Part shown: positions 1-8,600 of the stretch, piece by piece | How positions within the stretch are numbered: position 1 is the first letter of the stretch | How the letters are laid out: each line of letters opens with the position of its first letter | From: an uncultured virus (IMG/VR IMGVR_UViG_3300014043_000231) | Taxonomy: Duplodnaviria; Heunggongvirae; Uroviricota; Caudoviricetes | Reading direction: 5' to 3' (one strand) | Virus record (IMG/VR): IMGVR_UViG_3300014043_000231 | Length of the DNA stretch: 20,000 nucleotides | Made by a program: the position numbers and the translations under genes | The notes under the pieces: generated by a model | What the model saw: only the letters and a program-made list of their open reading frames with translations | Told to the model about the DNA's origin: nothing | The model's database searches: none

Positions 1-54
1 AGAATACGACGCATTGAACGCATGTTAACATGCCATCCATGTTTGAACCATGAA

Positions 55-156
55 TCAGTCATTATCATCCTTATCATCCGCGCTATCATAACCATCATGC
101 ATATCATCATCGGGAATCATATGAATGTTCTTATCATCAAACGGCATGCCAATCAT
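55..156 (-). CDS. Small acidic hypothetical protein, 33 aa (MIGMPFDDKNIHMIPDDDMHDGYDSADDKDDND)
   Basis: Hand-translated, below the ORF-track cutoff. AAGGAAG lies just upstream and a TGn-TAGAAT extended -10 is near 183-191 on the minus strand. Confidence 0.35.
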   Translation of the reverse strand: MIGMPFDDKNIHMIPDDDMHDGYDSADDKDDND

Positions 157-321
157 CTTCCTTGAAATCAATGTTAACATTATTCTATCATAATTTGCGC
201 ATGAATGCAAATCATATCAGTATGCCGTTCCGGTGATTATCCGTGTTCGTGGATACGCCATTGCCTTGAATCATTGTTTACAAGTGAGTCCATCAGCGCC
301 GATACGATTGTAATGAAAACA

Positions 322-578
322 TTAACCATTGCTTTCGATTATAAGCCATGTTTGCTTTTCAAAACCGCTATCAATGAATGATATTATGCGAATTTTGTTT
401 TCATTGTCCGTAATGTATTTCGAAGCGTTAAATCCATGATTCCGGCATAAGCGTTTGGCATTGGAATAATCATGATGGTTCGTGTTCTGGTTTTCAATAC
501 TGGAATCATGAGAATCAAACCGGTTATCAGCATTACGGTAAATGAAATGAATCCGATTGTGCATGTAATAAGCGCCAC
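322..578 (-). pseudogene. Possibly frameshifted small membrane-anchored protein
   Basis: Overlapping ORFs 384..578 (N-terminal hydrophobic helix ITCTIGFISFTVMLITGLILMIPVL) and 322..564 (protein-like C-terminal half) lie in different frames. Confidence 0.3.
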
Positions 579-751
579 CGCGTCATATTTGCATCAATTT
601 GAAAATCAAATGACATATGATTGTGATAACAAATGAACCGGCGCATGCAAGTGATAGAATGATGTCCAATCCACATTCACTTGTTTCACCGGTTCGTCAT
701 TATCCGCATTATTCCCACCGGTTTCAGTCATGCCGGTGAATATCAATGTAT

Positions 752-1651
752 TCAATTATTCGCATTGAATTTACCAGTGCTGTAATCAATGGTGTAACCA
801 TAAGCGGTGTTGAACACTTCCACATGCTGATTAATGCTTCCATCGGATGTTTTAATGTCAACGAACACGCTGCGAGGCATGATTTCATTGCCATCATACA
901 CTGGCGTCGCGACATACTGGATTGTTCCATTCGGATTCTTATCCAGCCAGTCGCGTGCAATGGTTTCAGTGTAAGCCATGCCGCCAGGATTCGATGAATC
1001 ATTCATGCCGACATTCTGCATTCGAGTGCCGTTAACAAGGTTTTCAAGCTCATCCTTACCACCCAGCGATTTTGCGATCATGTGCGAACGATTATAGAAA
1101 TAACCATGATACGCCTTATCACCCGCATGAGTGGATTGGATTTCCACACGCTTATTATTACCGGTGTAACCGGCAGGATCGGGCAAATCAGCGCGTTTGC
1201 GTTCACTGCCTTCATCACGCATTTTCTTATTAATGAGTGCGCTTGCGCGCCCCGGGCGACCCAGTGAATCCAGTCCAGTATAATTCACGCCCGGAGTGGA
1301 TGGGGCGGTATCCAATGCCTCCTGAACCGCTTGCCCTGCGATCTGATAATAATCAGGTTCAGCGGATGCATCCCATGTGGTTGCAGTGTAATTACCGACT
1401 GCCTGCGCGCCGTTCAGATTCGGTTCTGATGGAACCTGTTGCGTGTTATCATTATCATCAGTGTATTCATGGATTTTATTTTTCGCTTTATCCCAGAGCG
1501 AACCGGCGATATCCTTGGCCTTATCCTTGATTTCACTGTTATTCGCCGGTTCGCTGGAAGTGTCAGCCGCCTGTTCACTGGAACATGCGGACATTGTAAA
1601 CATCATGAGTCCCGCGATTGACGCGGCGATAATCTTATTGAATTTCATCAT
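752..1651 (-). CDS. Lipoprotein DNA/RNA non-specific endonuclease (beta-beta-alpha-metal, streptodornase/DNA-entry nuclease-like)
   Basis: Signal peptide with lipobox (MSA-C), LDSLGRP motif, active-site NRSHMIAKSLGG followed by ENLVNGTRMQN and a conserved Glu (YTE), and a YVATPVY..PRSV C-terminal motif. Confidence 0.88.
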   Translation of the reverse strand: MMKFNKIIAASIAGLMMFTMSACSSEQAADTSSEPANNSEIKDKAKDIAGSLWDKAKNKIHEYTDDNDNTQQVPSEPNLNGAQAVGNYTATTWDASAEPDYYQIAGQAVQEALDTAPSTPGVNYTGLDSLGRPGRASALINKKMRDEGSERKRADLPDPAGYTGNNKRVEIQSTHAGDKAYHGYFYNRSHMIAKSLGGKDELENLVNGTRMQNVGMNDSSNPGGMAYTETIARDWLDKNPNGTIQYVATPVYDGNEIMPRSVFVDIKTSDGSINQHVEVFNTAYGYTIDYSTGKFNANN

Positions 1652-1700
1652 GCTTTTATTATATCAAAATGATAATATGATTTCAAATCATCGGCGTGTC
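1652..1700 (-). promoter_or_regulatory. Leaderless sigma70-type promoter of the nuclease gene with upstream GACACGCCG box
   Basis: Minus strand: GACACGCCG (1700-1692), TTGAAA (1686-1681), 17 bp, TGa-TATAAT (1663-1658), 6 bp, ATG (1651). Confidence 0.75.
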
Positions 1701-1776
1701 ATGAACGCAGCGAAAGACACGCATGAATCATGAAATAAGCAGAATGAAAAAATCGACATGTCGCTATTATGACTAA

Positions 1777-1812
1777 TTGACTATTATTGTATTCAATGAT
1801 AACATTGATAAT
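1777..1812 (+). promoter_or_regulatory. Leaderless promoter for the 1813 gene
   Basis: TTGACT (1777-1782), 17 bp, TGa-TAACAT (1800-1805), 7 bp, ATG (1813). The ORF-track TTG start is the -35 box. Confidence 0.7.
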
Positions 1813-2805
1813 ATGAAAATGTATCATATTGATTATAAATCATCAAATGACCGGATGGCGTATGTGAAATCCTTATCCGATGATTACAGGAAAATCAATC
1901 TTCCAATCACGGGACGCAAACCATCATTGAATTCATTTATGATGCGTGAACTGAACTCTGAAATCACAGGCGAACCATTATTTGATGATGGTTCATTGCA
2001 TTCAATCAATCATCCAGCCGCATTGAAAGGCATCATGAACAGCATGATGGACACGTTCAATCAGATGGACATGCATGATGATGTTTTCAATAACATGTTC
2101 CACGATGCTAATTGGATTGAATCATCATTGAAATCATTGGATGAGACTGATTATGATGCAATCATCATGTCTGACATGAACGCATTGAACAAACATGGTT
2201 CGAATCCCATTGATAACATTGATGACAGGGATTACACCATGAATAATTACAATACAATCAGAGTGAAATCCAATGGGACGTATTACATTATTAAAACATG
2301 CGGTTCACGTGTCGGTTTCTATTCATTGACAACGGATAACGCTGAATACATGATTACAGCACCATTGGATTTCATCATCCATCTGCTGAATGCCGATAAT
2401 GTTGATAACATGAATTCATTCATTTCTGATTATCTTTCGGGTCATGATGAACTCAATGCGAAAATCATGGAATCAAATAAGGGTTATGATGTTTCCAGGA
2501 ACGCCAGTATTGATTCCGCATGGGATGGGTTCATTGACCGCATGGATAGGTTCACGATAAAATATAAGAACATGAATGCGAATGATATGACTCGGGATGA
2601 TGCTAATGAAATCATCGCGAATGTTCGTGAATTACATGATGATTATGGAACATTCACTGAACATAATAGTATTCCCGCTGAAATAAGCAATGACATTGTT
2701 TCAGTTATTTATGGTTTATACGCTTTATATAAGAATCATATTATGACGCAATCCGATTTCAACGCGACGCGCCAGAAACTATTGCTTATGGCGCGTAAAC
2801 ATTGA
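1813..2805 (+). CDS. Hypothetical protein, about 330 aa, D/N/M-rich
   Basis: Long ORF with codon style like its neighbours. Start placed from the promoter. No family recognised. Confidence 0.8.
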   Translation: MKMYHIDYKSSNDRMAYVKSLSDDYRKINLPITGRKPSLNSFMMRELNSEITGEPLFDDGSLHSINHPAALKGIMNSMMDTFNQMDMHDDVFNNMFHDANWIESSLKSLDETDYDAIIMSDMNALNKHGSNPIDNIDDRDYTMNNYNTIRVKSNGTYYIIKTCGSRVGFYSLTTDNAEYMITAPLDFIIHLLNADNVDNMNSFISDYLSGHDELNAKIMESNKGYDVSRNASIDSAWDGFIDRMDRFTIKYKNMNANDMTRDDANEIIANVRELHDDYGTFTEHNSIPAEISNDIVSVIYGLYALYKNHIMTQSDFNATRQKLLLMARKH

Positions 2806-2830
2806 CAGGGAACAATAATAATAGTATAAT
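2802..2830 (+). promoter_or_regulatory. Perfect consensus promoter for the AAA/vWA pair
   Basis: TTGACA (2802-2807), 17 bp, TATAAT (2825-2830). A GACGCGCC variant box lies at 2766-2773. Confidence 0.8.
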
Positions 2831-2868
2831 GATGATTACAATTGTCAACATTGGAAAACAGGAATAAT

Positions 2869-3966
2869 ATGGAACGGAATATGAGTTTGAACGTTAATGA
2901 TCATAACACTGCTGTCCCTGCTGGTTACAATAGTGAGACAGCGCGGAACATCGCTGAGCAGATTGGTTTCATGTTCGCTAATGAAAGCGTCATCAGAACC
3001 GCTGTTAAGGAAGCCGCTAAACGATTGAAAGCAGAGGAAGGTTTTGACACCACTAAACATGTGATCATTAACCCGGATGGCACGGAAAAGGATAGTATCA
3101 ATGATATTGTGCCCGCCGCGTTTGATTACATCATGAATCTTGTGAATATGAATGAACCTGTTTACATGTATGGTCCAACTGGTTCCGGTAAAAGCGAAAC
3201 CGCTAAAATGATTGCGAATGCACTTGGTTTGGATTTTTACATGATGAACAGTGTTACCGATGAATATAAACTCACTGGTTTCATGGATGCCAATGGTGTG
3301 TATCATTCAAGTTCATTCCGTGATGCTTTCGAGAACGGCGGTTTGTTCCTATTGGATGAATTGGATGCATCTAGCCCTGATGTTCTCATTGCATTGAACA
3401 TGGCTATCGCGAACGGATGGTTCATGTTCCCGGATGGACGCAGGACAGCACATGAGAAATTCCGCGTGATTGCAACCGGTAACACTTCCGGTTCCGGCGC
3501 TGATGAATCATACACTGGACGTAATCGTTTGGATGCGGCAACATTGAACCGTTTCGCAATGGTTCCAGTTGGTTATGATGATCGCATTGACCGTTCATGC
3601 GCTGGCGGAGACACAGAACTTGTTGATTTCATCCATGCTTATCGTAAGGCAGCGGATAAAGCTGAGGTTAATTCACCTGCATCCTATCGTGATATTCGCC
3701 GTATCCGTGCCGCCATGCGAATCACTGATGATAAGGATTACATTCTGAACACATGTTTGATTCGTGGACTTGACCCGGATGAACTGCATCAGATTATCCG
3801 TGTAATTAAACATTCCGATGATAACACATGGATTCATGCGCTCATTGACATTGACGGTAAGAACGGTTTCAAACCGGAGCAGAATCAGAATAAGAAACTG
3901 AATGCAGTCAATCAGAACCAGTATAATGGTTATGTGCAAGTTGATGATTATGGTTATCCACGATGA
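2869..3966 (+). CDS. MoxR/CbbQ/CobS-like AAA+ ATPase
   Basis: Walker A GPTGSGKS, Walker B LFLLDELD, sensor-I VIATGN, arginine finger LDAATLNRF, and SYRD sensor-II-like motif. ACAGGA RBS precedes ATG 2869; ATG 2881 is an alternative start. Confidence 0.9.
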   Translation: MERNMSLNVNDHNTAVPAGYNSETARNIAEQIGFMFANESVIRTAVKEAAKRLKAEEGFDTTKHVIINPDGTEKDSINDIVPAAFDYIMNLVNMNEPVYMYGPTGSGKSETAKMIANALGLDFYMMNSVTDEYKLTGFMDANGVYHSSSFRDAFENGGLFLLDELDASSPDVLIALNMAIANGWFMFPDGRRTAHEKFRVIATGNTSGSGADESYTGRNRLDAATLNRFAMVPVGYDDRIDRSCAGGDTELVDFIHAYRKAADKAEVNSPASYRDIRRIRAAMRITDDKDYILNTCLIRGLDPDELHQIIRVIKHSDDNTWIHALIDIDGKNGFKPEQNQNKKLNAVNQNQYNGYVQVDDYGYPR

Positions 3967-4013
3967 TTGAATGATAATGAATATTATGTTAAACTGAATA
4001 ATGGGAAATAATC

Positions 4014-4051
4014 TGAGCGCATTGCATTCAATCATGTTATCAATGCGCTCA
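4014..4051 (+). promoter_or_regulatory. Intergenic stem-loop between the AAA and vWA genes
   Basis: TGAGCGCATTG (4014-4024) and CAATGCGCTCA (4041-4051) form perfect 11-bp arms. No U-tract follows. Confidence 0.5.
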
Positions 4052-4073
4052 TAAAATATTGATTGGATGTTGG

Positions 4074-6263
4074 ATGAGCAAGCAAATCAAAACCAGTGAC
4101 ATGTATTATGAACGATGGAACAGCATGATTGAATTCGTGAACACTGTTCGTCATCGTGATATTTCACCGAATTGGATTGGCAAGAATTGCGGTGTTGTCA
4201 TGGATGGAGCGCATCGTTCATGTCATGGCGATATTCTCACTGGAGCTGATGACATTGTGCGTCCAATGAAATTCTATGCGCGCCCTGATGGATGTAAATA
4301 TTCCTATGAGGAAACAATTGATTATTGCATTAACGGAACTGACATGTTCAATGACATGATTGGACGTAATAAATATAAAATCCCATTCAGCATGGCTGTA
4401 GCTCCGCGTAAACAGAAAAACAATAACATTGCAGGGCAACAGGTTAATGTTCCGCGTTATTTGAACAACACGCCAGCGAACATGCTCATGTCCCGTGAAC
4501 AGGATAAACCGAAACAGGCAATCAATATCGTTTTCGACACTGATTGCAATTGGACAACACCGGTTATCAATCGCGTGCAATGCGGTGTGAACATTCTGAA
4601 AGCAGTGCAGGCATTGACAATCGCAGGCTATGATGTTCAATTGGATGTCATGCCATTCTGTTCATATTCTAAAACCACCCGTAAACTATACATGACTACA
4701 ATCCGATTAAAGGATTATGGTGAGAATGTGAACATGAATCGTCTTGCATATCCCATTGCAGCTGTCGCAAGTCAATTCCATTTGGGAGTTGACTGGATGC
4801 AGCGTATTCCTGATAGTCCATACATGCTTGCCGCTGGATGGCCCGTGTATCCGAATGAGAAACGTTATGATGAAATCAAAGATTATTTCAAAAATAAGCA
4901 TGATGCGTTTTTCATTGGTTTGCATGAAATGAACCTGTTGGAAGCGGATAAGGATACTGATAAATCAGTTGATAATCTCATTCAGTATCTCACTGGTAAG
5001 GAAGTCGAACGTAAAGGAGGCTATAAAACCGGTTATGCCGTTAAGCAAGCCGGTGGGTCTCATATTCGCGCGTATAATGATGAATTCATGGATTTCAATG
5101 AAAACATTGATGGCGCAATCACGGAAACCCCTGAATTTGATAATCCTGATGCGAATAACACTAAATGGTCTGATGATTTCAAGGAAGCTGATGGCATCAT
5201 GAATGGAAACCATGAAAACATAACTGAAACCAATGGAACATCAGAATCCAACAGGAATTATAATAACGCGCAAACGAATAATGACATTACTGAAGCAGTG
5301 AATGACATTGGTTTGAATGCTGACAGGAACGATTCAAATCAGAATGAATCAGAGAAGAATAATACCGCTGATTCCATTGACGGCACTGAATCAGATAATA
5401 CTGTATCCGCTGATGATAAGCAGGATTCAATGGATGCCTCGCATTCTTATGTCGATGATGAGTCATCACATGAACTCACTGACCGTCAGAATAATAATGT
5501 TCAGGATACTGATAACATTATGGATAATGACATGAATCCATCCAACAGTGAATCAAATTCGCAGCAGGATGATTCCAATGAATCCACCGTGAACAATACT
5601 GAGCATGATGATGAGCAATCCGGTTCAGATAATGAAACCGATGAGAACATGAATACAGGTTCAATTAAGCAGGATTCTGATAATGAAACCGATGAGTCAT
5701 CAAATGCGCAATCAGATTCTAATAGTGAGTCATCAAATCATGCTGATGAACAATCAGGTAAGCAGATTGATTCCAATTCTGATAATTCCACTGCATCACA
5801 GGATACTGATTCAACTGAGCAGCATTCCGGTAATTCGCAGAATAGGGATTCTAAGAACGAACCGCAATCAGATAACGGTGAACAGAATCAGAATGACGAT
5901 TCAAACACTTCATCGGATAGTGAACGACAATGGCAGGATTCGCAATCTGACAATCAAGATGAATCAGCAAGCGAGCAGAACCAGAACGATTCCGATTCAC
6001 AATCCAATGAACCTGGACAACAATCCGATAAACAGGATGATTCAAACAAATCCAATGATAACACGGATAATTCACAGGAACAGGATGATCCTGAATCCAA
6101 TGATGACATTAATGAACCTGAACGGGACATGAATGATGAAATCACATTGGATGATGTGCTGAATGGCGATGCTGATGGCGCACCATTAAAATATGATTAT
6201 GAATCATTCATTGAATGGTTGAAACGAGTCTATGACTGGCTTCAAAAAGCGAACCGGAAATAA
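4074..6263 (+). CDS. vWA-like partner of the AAA+ ATPase with a long acidic low-complexity C-terminal region
   Basis: Directly downstream of a MoxR-type ATPase. Contains AGQQVNVPRYL, then strand INIVFDTDCN (degenerate MIDAS DxSxS), helix ILKAVQALTIAGYDVQL and IRLKDYGE, followed by about 370 aa of D/N/S/E/Q-rich sequence. Confidence 0.7.
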   Translation: MSKQIKTSDMYYERWNSMIEFVNTVRHRDISPNWIGKNCGVVMDGAHRSCHGDILTGADDIVRPMKFYARPDGCKYSYEETIDYCINGTDMFNDMIGRNKYKIPFSMAVAPRKQKNNNIAGQQVNVPRYLNNTPANMLMSREQDKPKQAINIVFDTDCNWTTPVINRVQCGVNILKAVQALTIAGYDVQLDVMPFCSYSKTTRKLYMTTIRLKDYGENVNMNRLAYPIAAVASQFHLGVDWMQRIPDSPYMLAAGWPVYPNEKRYDEIKDYFKNKHDAFFIGLHEMNLLEADKDTDKSVDNLIQYLTGKEVERKGGYKTGYAVKQAGGSHIRAYNDEFMDFNENIDGAITETPEFDNPDANNTKWSDDFKEADGIMNGNHENITETNGTSESNRNYNNAQTNNDITEAVNDIGLNADRNDSNQNESEKNNTADSIDGTESDNTVSADDKQDSMDASHSYVDDESSHELTDRQNNNVQDTDNIMDNDMNPSNSESNSQQDDSNESTVNNTEHDDEQSGSDNETDENMNTGSIKQDSDNETDESSNAQSDSNSESSNHADEQSGKQIDSNSDNSTASQDTDSTEQHSGNSQNRDSKNEPQSDNGEQNQNDDSNTSSDSERQWQDSQSDNQDESASEQNQNDSDSQSNEPGQQSDKQDDSNKSNDNTDNSQEQDDPESNDDINEPERDMNDEITLDDVLNGDADGAPLKYDYESFIEWLKRVYDWLQKANRK

Positions 6264-6266
6264 ATC

Positions 6267-6308
6267 AGTGCGCGAATGGAAAAGGACAACCATCCGCGCA
6301 CTAATTTT
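6267..6308 (+). terminator. Probable terminator of the AAA/vWA operon
   Basis: AGTGCGCGAATG (6267-6278) and CATCCGCGCACT (6291-6302) pair with one mismatch, followed by AATTTT, just after stop 6263. Confidence 0.55.
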
Positions 6309-6335
6309 GTCCACATTTGTGGACATGAATCCATA

Positions 6336-6615
6336 CTATTTCAGTTCACAAGAGTGATAATGCAAGCGCTTATTGTTTCTTACCAGCATGATAAGCATCC
6401 CGGGAGTGAACATAAGCAGGACAATTTCCAAACATGTTGCTATCAATGCGGAACCGAGAATGAATCATCAATTGCATCATATGAAGGCGTCCTATGAGGA
6501 CTGCTCGCGAGCGCGAAAACATAAATGATTCTCATGACTGCAATGGTTGCAAGCAACGCAACGGCGCACCGCCCAATGAGAGTGAGGAAAATCAAACCGA
6601 TAATTTGTTAACATG
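6336..6615 (-). pseudogene. Decayed multi-pass membrane protein gene
   Basis: Hydrophobic segments in two minus frames: QIIGLIFLTLIGRCAVALLATIAVMRIIYVFAL and FILGSALIATCLEIVLLMFTPGMLIMLV. No intact ORF. Confidence 0.3.
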
Positions 6616-6656
6616 TTAACAATAATCATTCCAAATCGTTAAAACCTGTTATCAAT

Positions 6657-6913
6657 CATGTGAGAGGACACCGCACTTCAGGGCGGTGATGAATCACACA
6701 CGCATAACCAACTTCCTATATGGTGCTTTCAATCGAGAATGTTATCTGATATTTTTAAATCAAACTTTGCATTATCCAAGATGATATGATATTATAGTAG
6801 AGGTGATGTAAGGCGGAGGCTGGCGCAAGCCAGTCGCAACGTTAACGCCAATGATGCGGGAACCCACCGAACCGCAAACCTCCATTAAGGCGACCGGCGT
6901 GGGAGGAAGTCAA
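6657..6913 (+). mobile_element. Internally deleted IS200/IS605-family mini-element with no tnpA or tnpB
   Basis: Left-end-type hairpin CACCGC-acttcagg-GCGGTG-atgaat at about 6669-6694 and right-end-type GGCGTGGGAGGAAGTCAA ending at 6913. The left boundary is approximate. Confidence 0.7.
6767..6795 (+). promoter_or_regulatory. Promoter inside the mini-element pointing into the omegaRNA-like sequence
   Basis: TTGCAT (6767-6772), 17 bp, TGa-TATTAT (6790-6795). Confidence 0.7.
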
Positions 6914-6933
6914 ATGAACAATGTTATCACATG
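6801..6933 (+). ncRNA. Stand-alone TnpB omegaRNA-like RNA (partial scaffold plus about 20-nt guide ATGAACAATGTTATCACATG)
   Basis: GC-rich structured tract: GAGGTGATGTAAGGCG pairing with CGCC, hairpin GGCTGGC-GCAA-GCCAGTC, GATGCGGGAACCCACC and a 3' GGAGGAAGTCAA end, in the order seen in TnpB right-end RNAs. Confidence 0.55.
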
Positions 6934-6950
6934 ATGATTAATTAAAGAAA

Positions 6951-6988
6951 ATAAGCGGATGAACCAGTATTCCAGTTCATCCGCTTAT
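6951..6988 (-). terminator. Intrinsic terminator after the RNA ligase gene, possibly bidirectional
   Basis: Perfect 14-bp arms ATAAGCGGATGAAC and GTTCATCCGCTTAT, with TTTCTTT following on the minus strand. Confidence 0.8.
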
Positions 6989-6990
6989 CA

Positions 6991-8346
6991 TTATAGCGAT
7001 TTAATGTTCAGGATTATTCGCTTCGCCGCTTTAACCGCAGTTTCCAATTCATTATCATCACCGCGAATCACACCTGCTTTCAATGCGAACATGATTCCTT
7101 TGATTTCAGCTGATGTATTCATGCTGTTGACAATCATCGCGTAATCACGAAGAGAATCACGATCAGTGAAATCAATAGTGTTTTTAACCTTATTGAACTC
7201 ATTGATCGCAGTGTTCACAGCATCACGCATATCATGCAGATATATGTCATTAGCACGTTGGTTCAAACGTGTAAGAATCGGTTTCGCCGCCTCGCGTGCA
7301 TCAGCAGGAACCATATCCGCAAGTCCATTCACATTACCATGCATGATTTCATCCGTATTCATGTTGCTAATGAATTCACGGAGTGCCTTATCGGAAGTGC
7401 TGTTCTTCAAACGCTGCAACATGAGGAACAACGGATACTTGATTTTGAACATGTCCTGTTTCGCAGTCCCGTCAAGGGTTGCAACCATTCCTTCATGATT
7501 CGCAATCGCCGGAAGTTGCAATGCCTCACCGAGAGTTTTCGCGGAATAAATTTCAGGCGTGATGAAACCGAATTTCCCCGGAATCAACACGGCGTTCCTA
7601 TCCGCAGTTCGTTCATCCACGCCGAGCAGTGCAGCCGGAATCCACCAACCGGTAGCATTCTCCAATAATCCAAGGAAAACAATGTCCGCCAGTTTGCCGT
7701 ATTGAACAACATGAAAATCACCCGGCGTGATGATTTCAAACAATGGTGTGAACCCCGGCAGGTTCTTATCCATGAAATCCGCAAATGCACGAGAATCATG
7801 CTTAGTCCGCATGAAAACAGTGCCTTCAATGGATTCATCAGAACGGAATGAGCCTTTCGTGGCAATAATATAATCACCGTTCACGCGGACTCCAATGCCG
7901 AGAGCGCCATCAAGTTTATCCGCAACGGATGCAGGCGCATTATAATCAATGCTCACATCATCCGCGACAGTCACACCCTCATCATCATCCACAAGTTTCA
8001 GTTTACCCCAGTCTGAATTCGCCGCGTCAACCGTGAAAAACTTACGCATGCCACGAGCAACCACAAGCGCGTCATCAAACATGAGCGCAATGTCATCAAT
8101 GGACGCATCATTCCATGACATGTGCAGCTTCTCATAAATGCTCACCCCGGCATCAGTGAGACGCACGACAAGTCCACGCGCAAGCAGAGTCGTATCCGCA
8201 ATCCAATGACCCGCGAATTGAGTGCGCGCCGTATAGCAGAATACAATAAGATGCCTGTCATCATCATTCTGAGATGCGCCAATCCAACCATCATGCAAAT
8301 CAGACGCGAAACGACGCAAATCAGTCAATTCATTAAGTTCCAACAT
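6991..8346 (-). CDS. T4 Rnl1-family RNA ligase
   Basis: N-terminal FCYT...W....LLARGLVV and VVARGMRKFFT, motif I KLDGALG, ATKGSF, motif III FEIITP, motif IV EGMV and motif V FKIKY. AAAGGA RBS; start is ATG 8346 or TTG 8352. Confidence 0.88.
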   Translation of the reverse strand: MLELNELTDLRRFASDLHDGWIGASQNDDDRHLIVFCYTARTQFAGHWIADTTLLARGLVVRLTDAGVSIYEKLHMSWNDASIDDIALMFDDALVVARGMRKFFTVDAANSDWGKLKLVDDDEGVTVADDVSIDYNAPASVADKLDGALGIGVRVNGDYIIATKGSFRSDESIEGTVFMRTKHDSRAFADFMDKNLPGFTPLFEIITPGDFHVVQYGKLADIVFLGLLENATGWWIPAALLGVDERTADRNAVLIPGKFGFITPEIYSAKTLGEALQLPAIANHEGMVATLDGTAKQDMFKIKYPLFLMLQRLKNSTSDKALREFISNMNTDEIMHGNVNGLADMVPADAREAAKPILTRLNQRANDIYLHDMRDAVNTAINEFNKVKNTIDFTDRDSLRDYAMIVNSMNTSAEIKGIMFALKAGVIRGDDNELETAVKAAKRIILNIKSL

Positions 8347-8388
8347 CGTCAATCATTCCTTTTCATCATATTTCCTCAAACTGTAATC

Positions 8389-8428
8389 ATGTTAACATGA
8401 ATACAGTTGAAAGTCAAACCGGCGTGTC
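8389..8428 (-). promoter_or_regulatory. Promoter of the RNA ligase gene with GACACGCCG box
   Basis: Minus strand: GACACGCCG (8428-8420), 2 bp, TTGACT (8417-8412), 17 bp, TGt-TAACAT (8394-8389). Confidence 0.75.
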
Positions 8429-8444
8429 GTCATACTATTAATTA

Positions 8445-8600
8445 TCATTGAACATAATGGAAACATCAATTACCATGACTACAAGCGTCATGGTTTGTGA
8501 CTGGATACCCTATGTGCTCCGAGTCCGTGGAACGAGCATTAGGAACTAACAAGTTAATTCCTGATGGGCGGTGATTGACAACACCGCAGCGTTCATCACC
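8445..8600 (-). ncRNA. omegaRNA (reRNA) of the tnpB element, with predicted guide GTTTCCATTATGTTCAATGA
   Basis: Structured region downstream of tnpB: GCGGTG-ttgtcaat-CACCGC hairpin, AGGAATTAAC/GTTAGTTCCT hairpin, GCTC..GAGC stem, and a terminal right-end hairpin. Confidence 0.7.

Noticed and set aside
5400..6130. Possible CRISPR-like repeats in the repetitive tract
   Set aside because: The repeats are in-frame, degenerate and irregularly spaced, reflecting S/D/N/E codons. No constant repeat-spacer period is seen anywhere in the window.
5287..6145. Several alternative-frame ORFs within the acidic tail
   Set aside because: Shadow ORFs of the low-complexity coding region, with no RBS or promoter.
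2869..6263. Cobalamin cobaltochelatase CobS/CobT assignment
   Set aside because: No cobN or other cobalamin genes are in the window, and this ATPase clade is common on phages and plasmids with other roles, so gene symbols were withheld.
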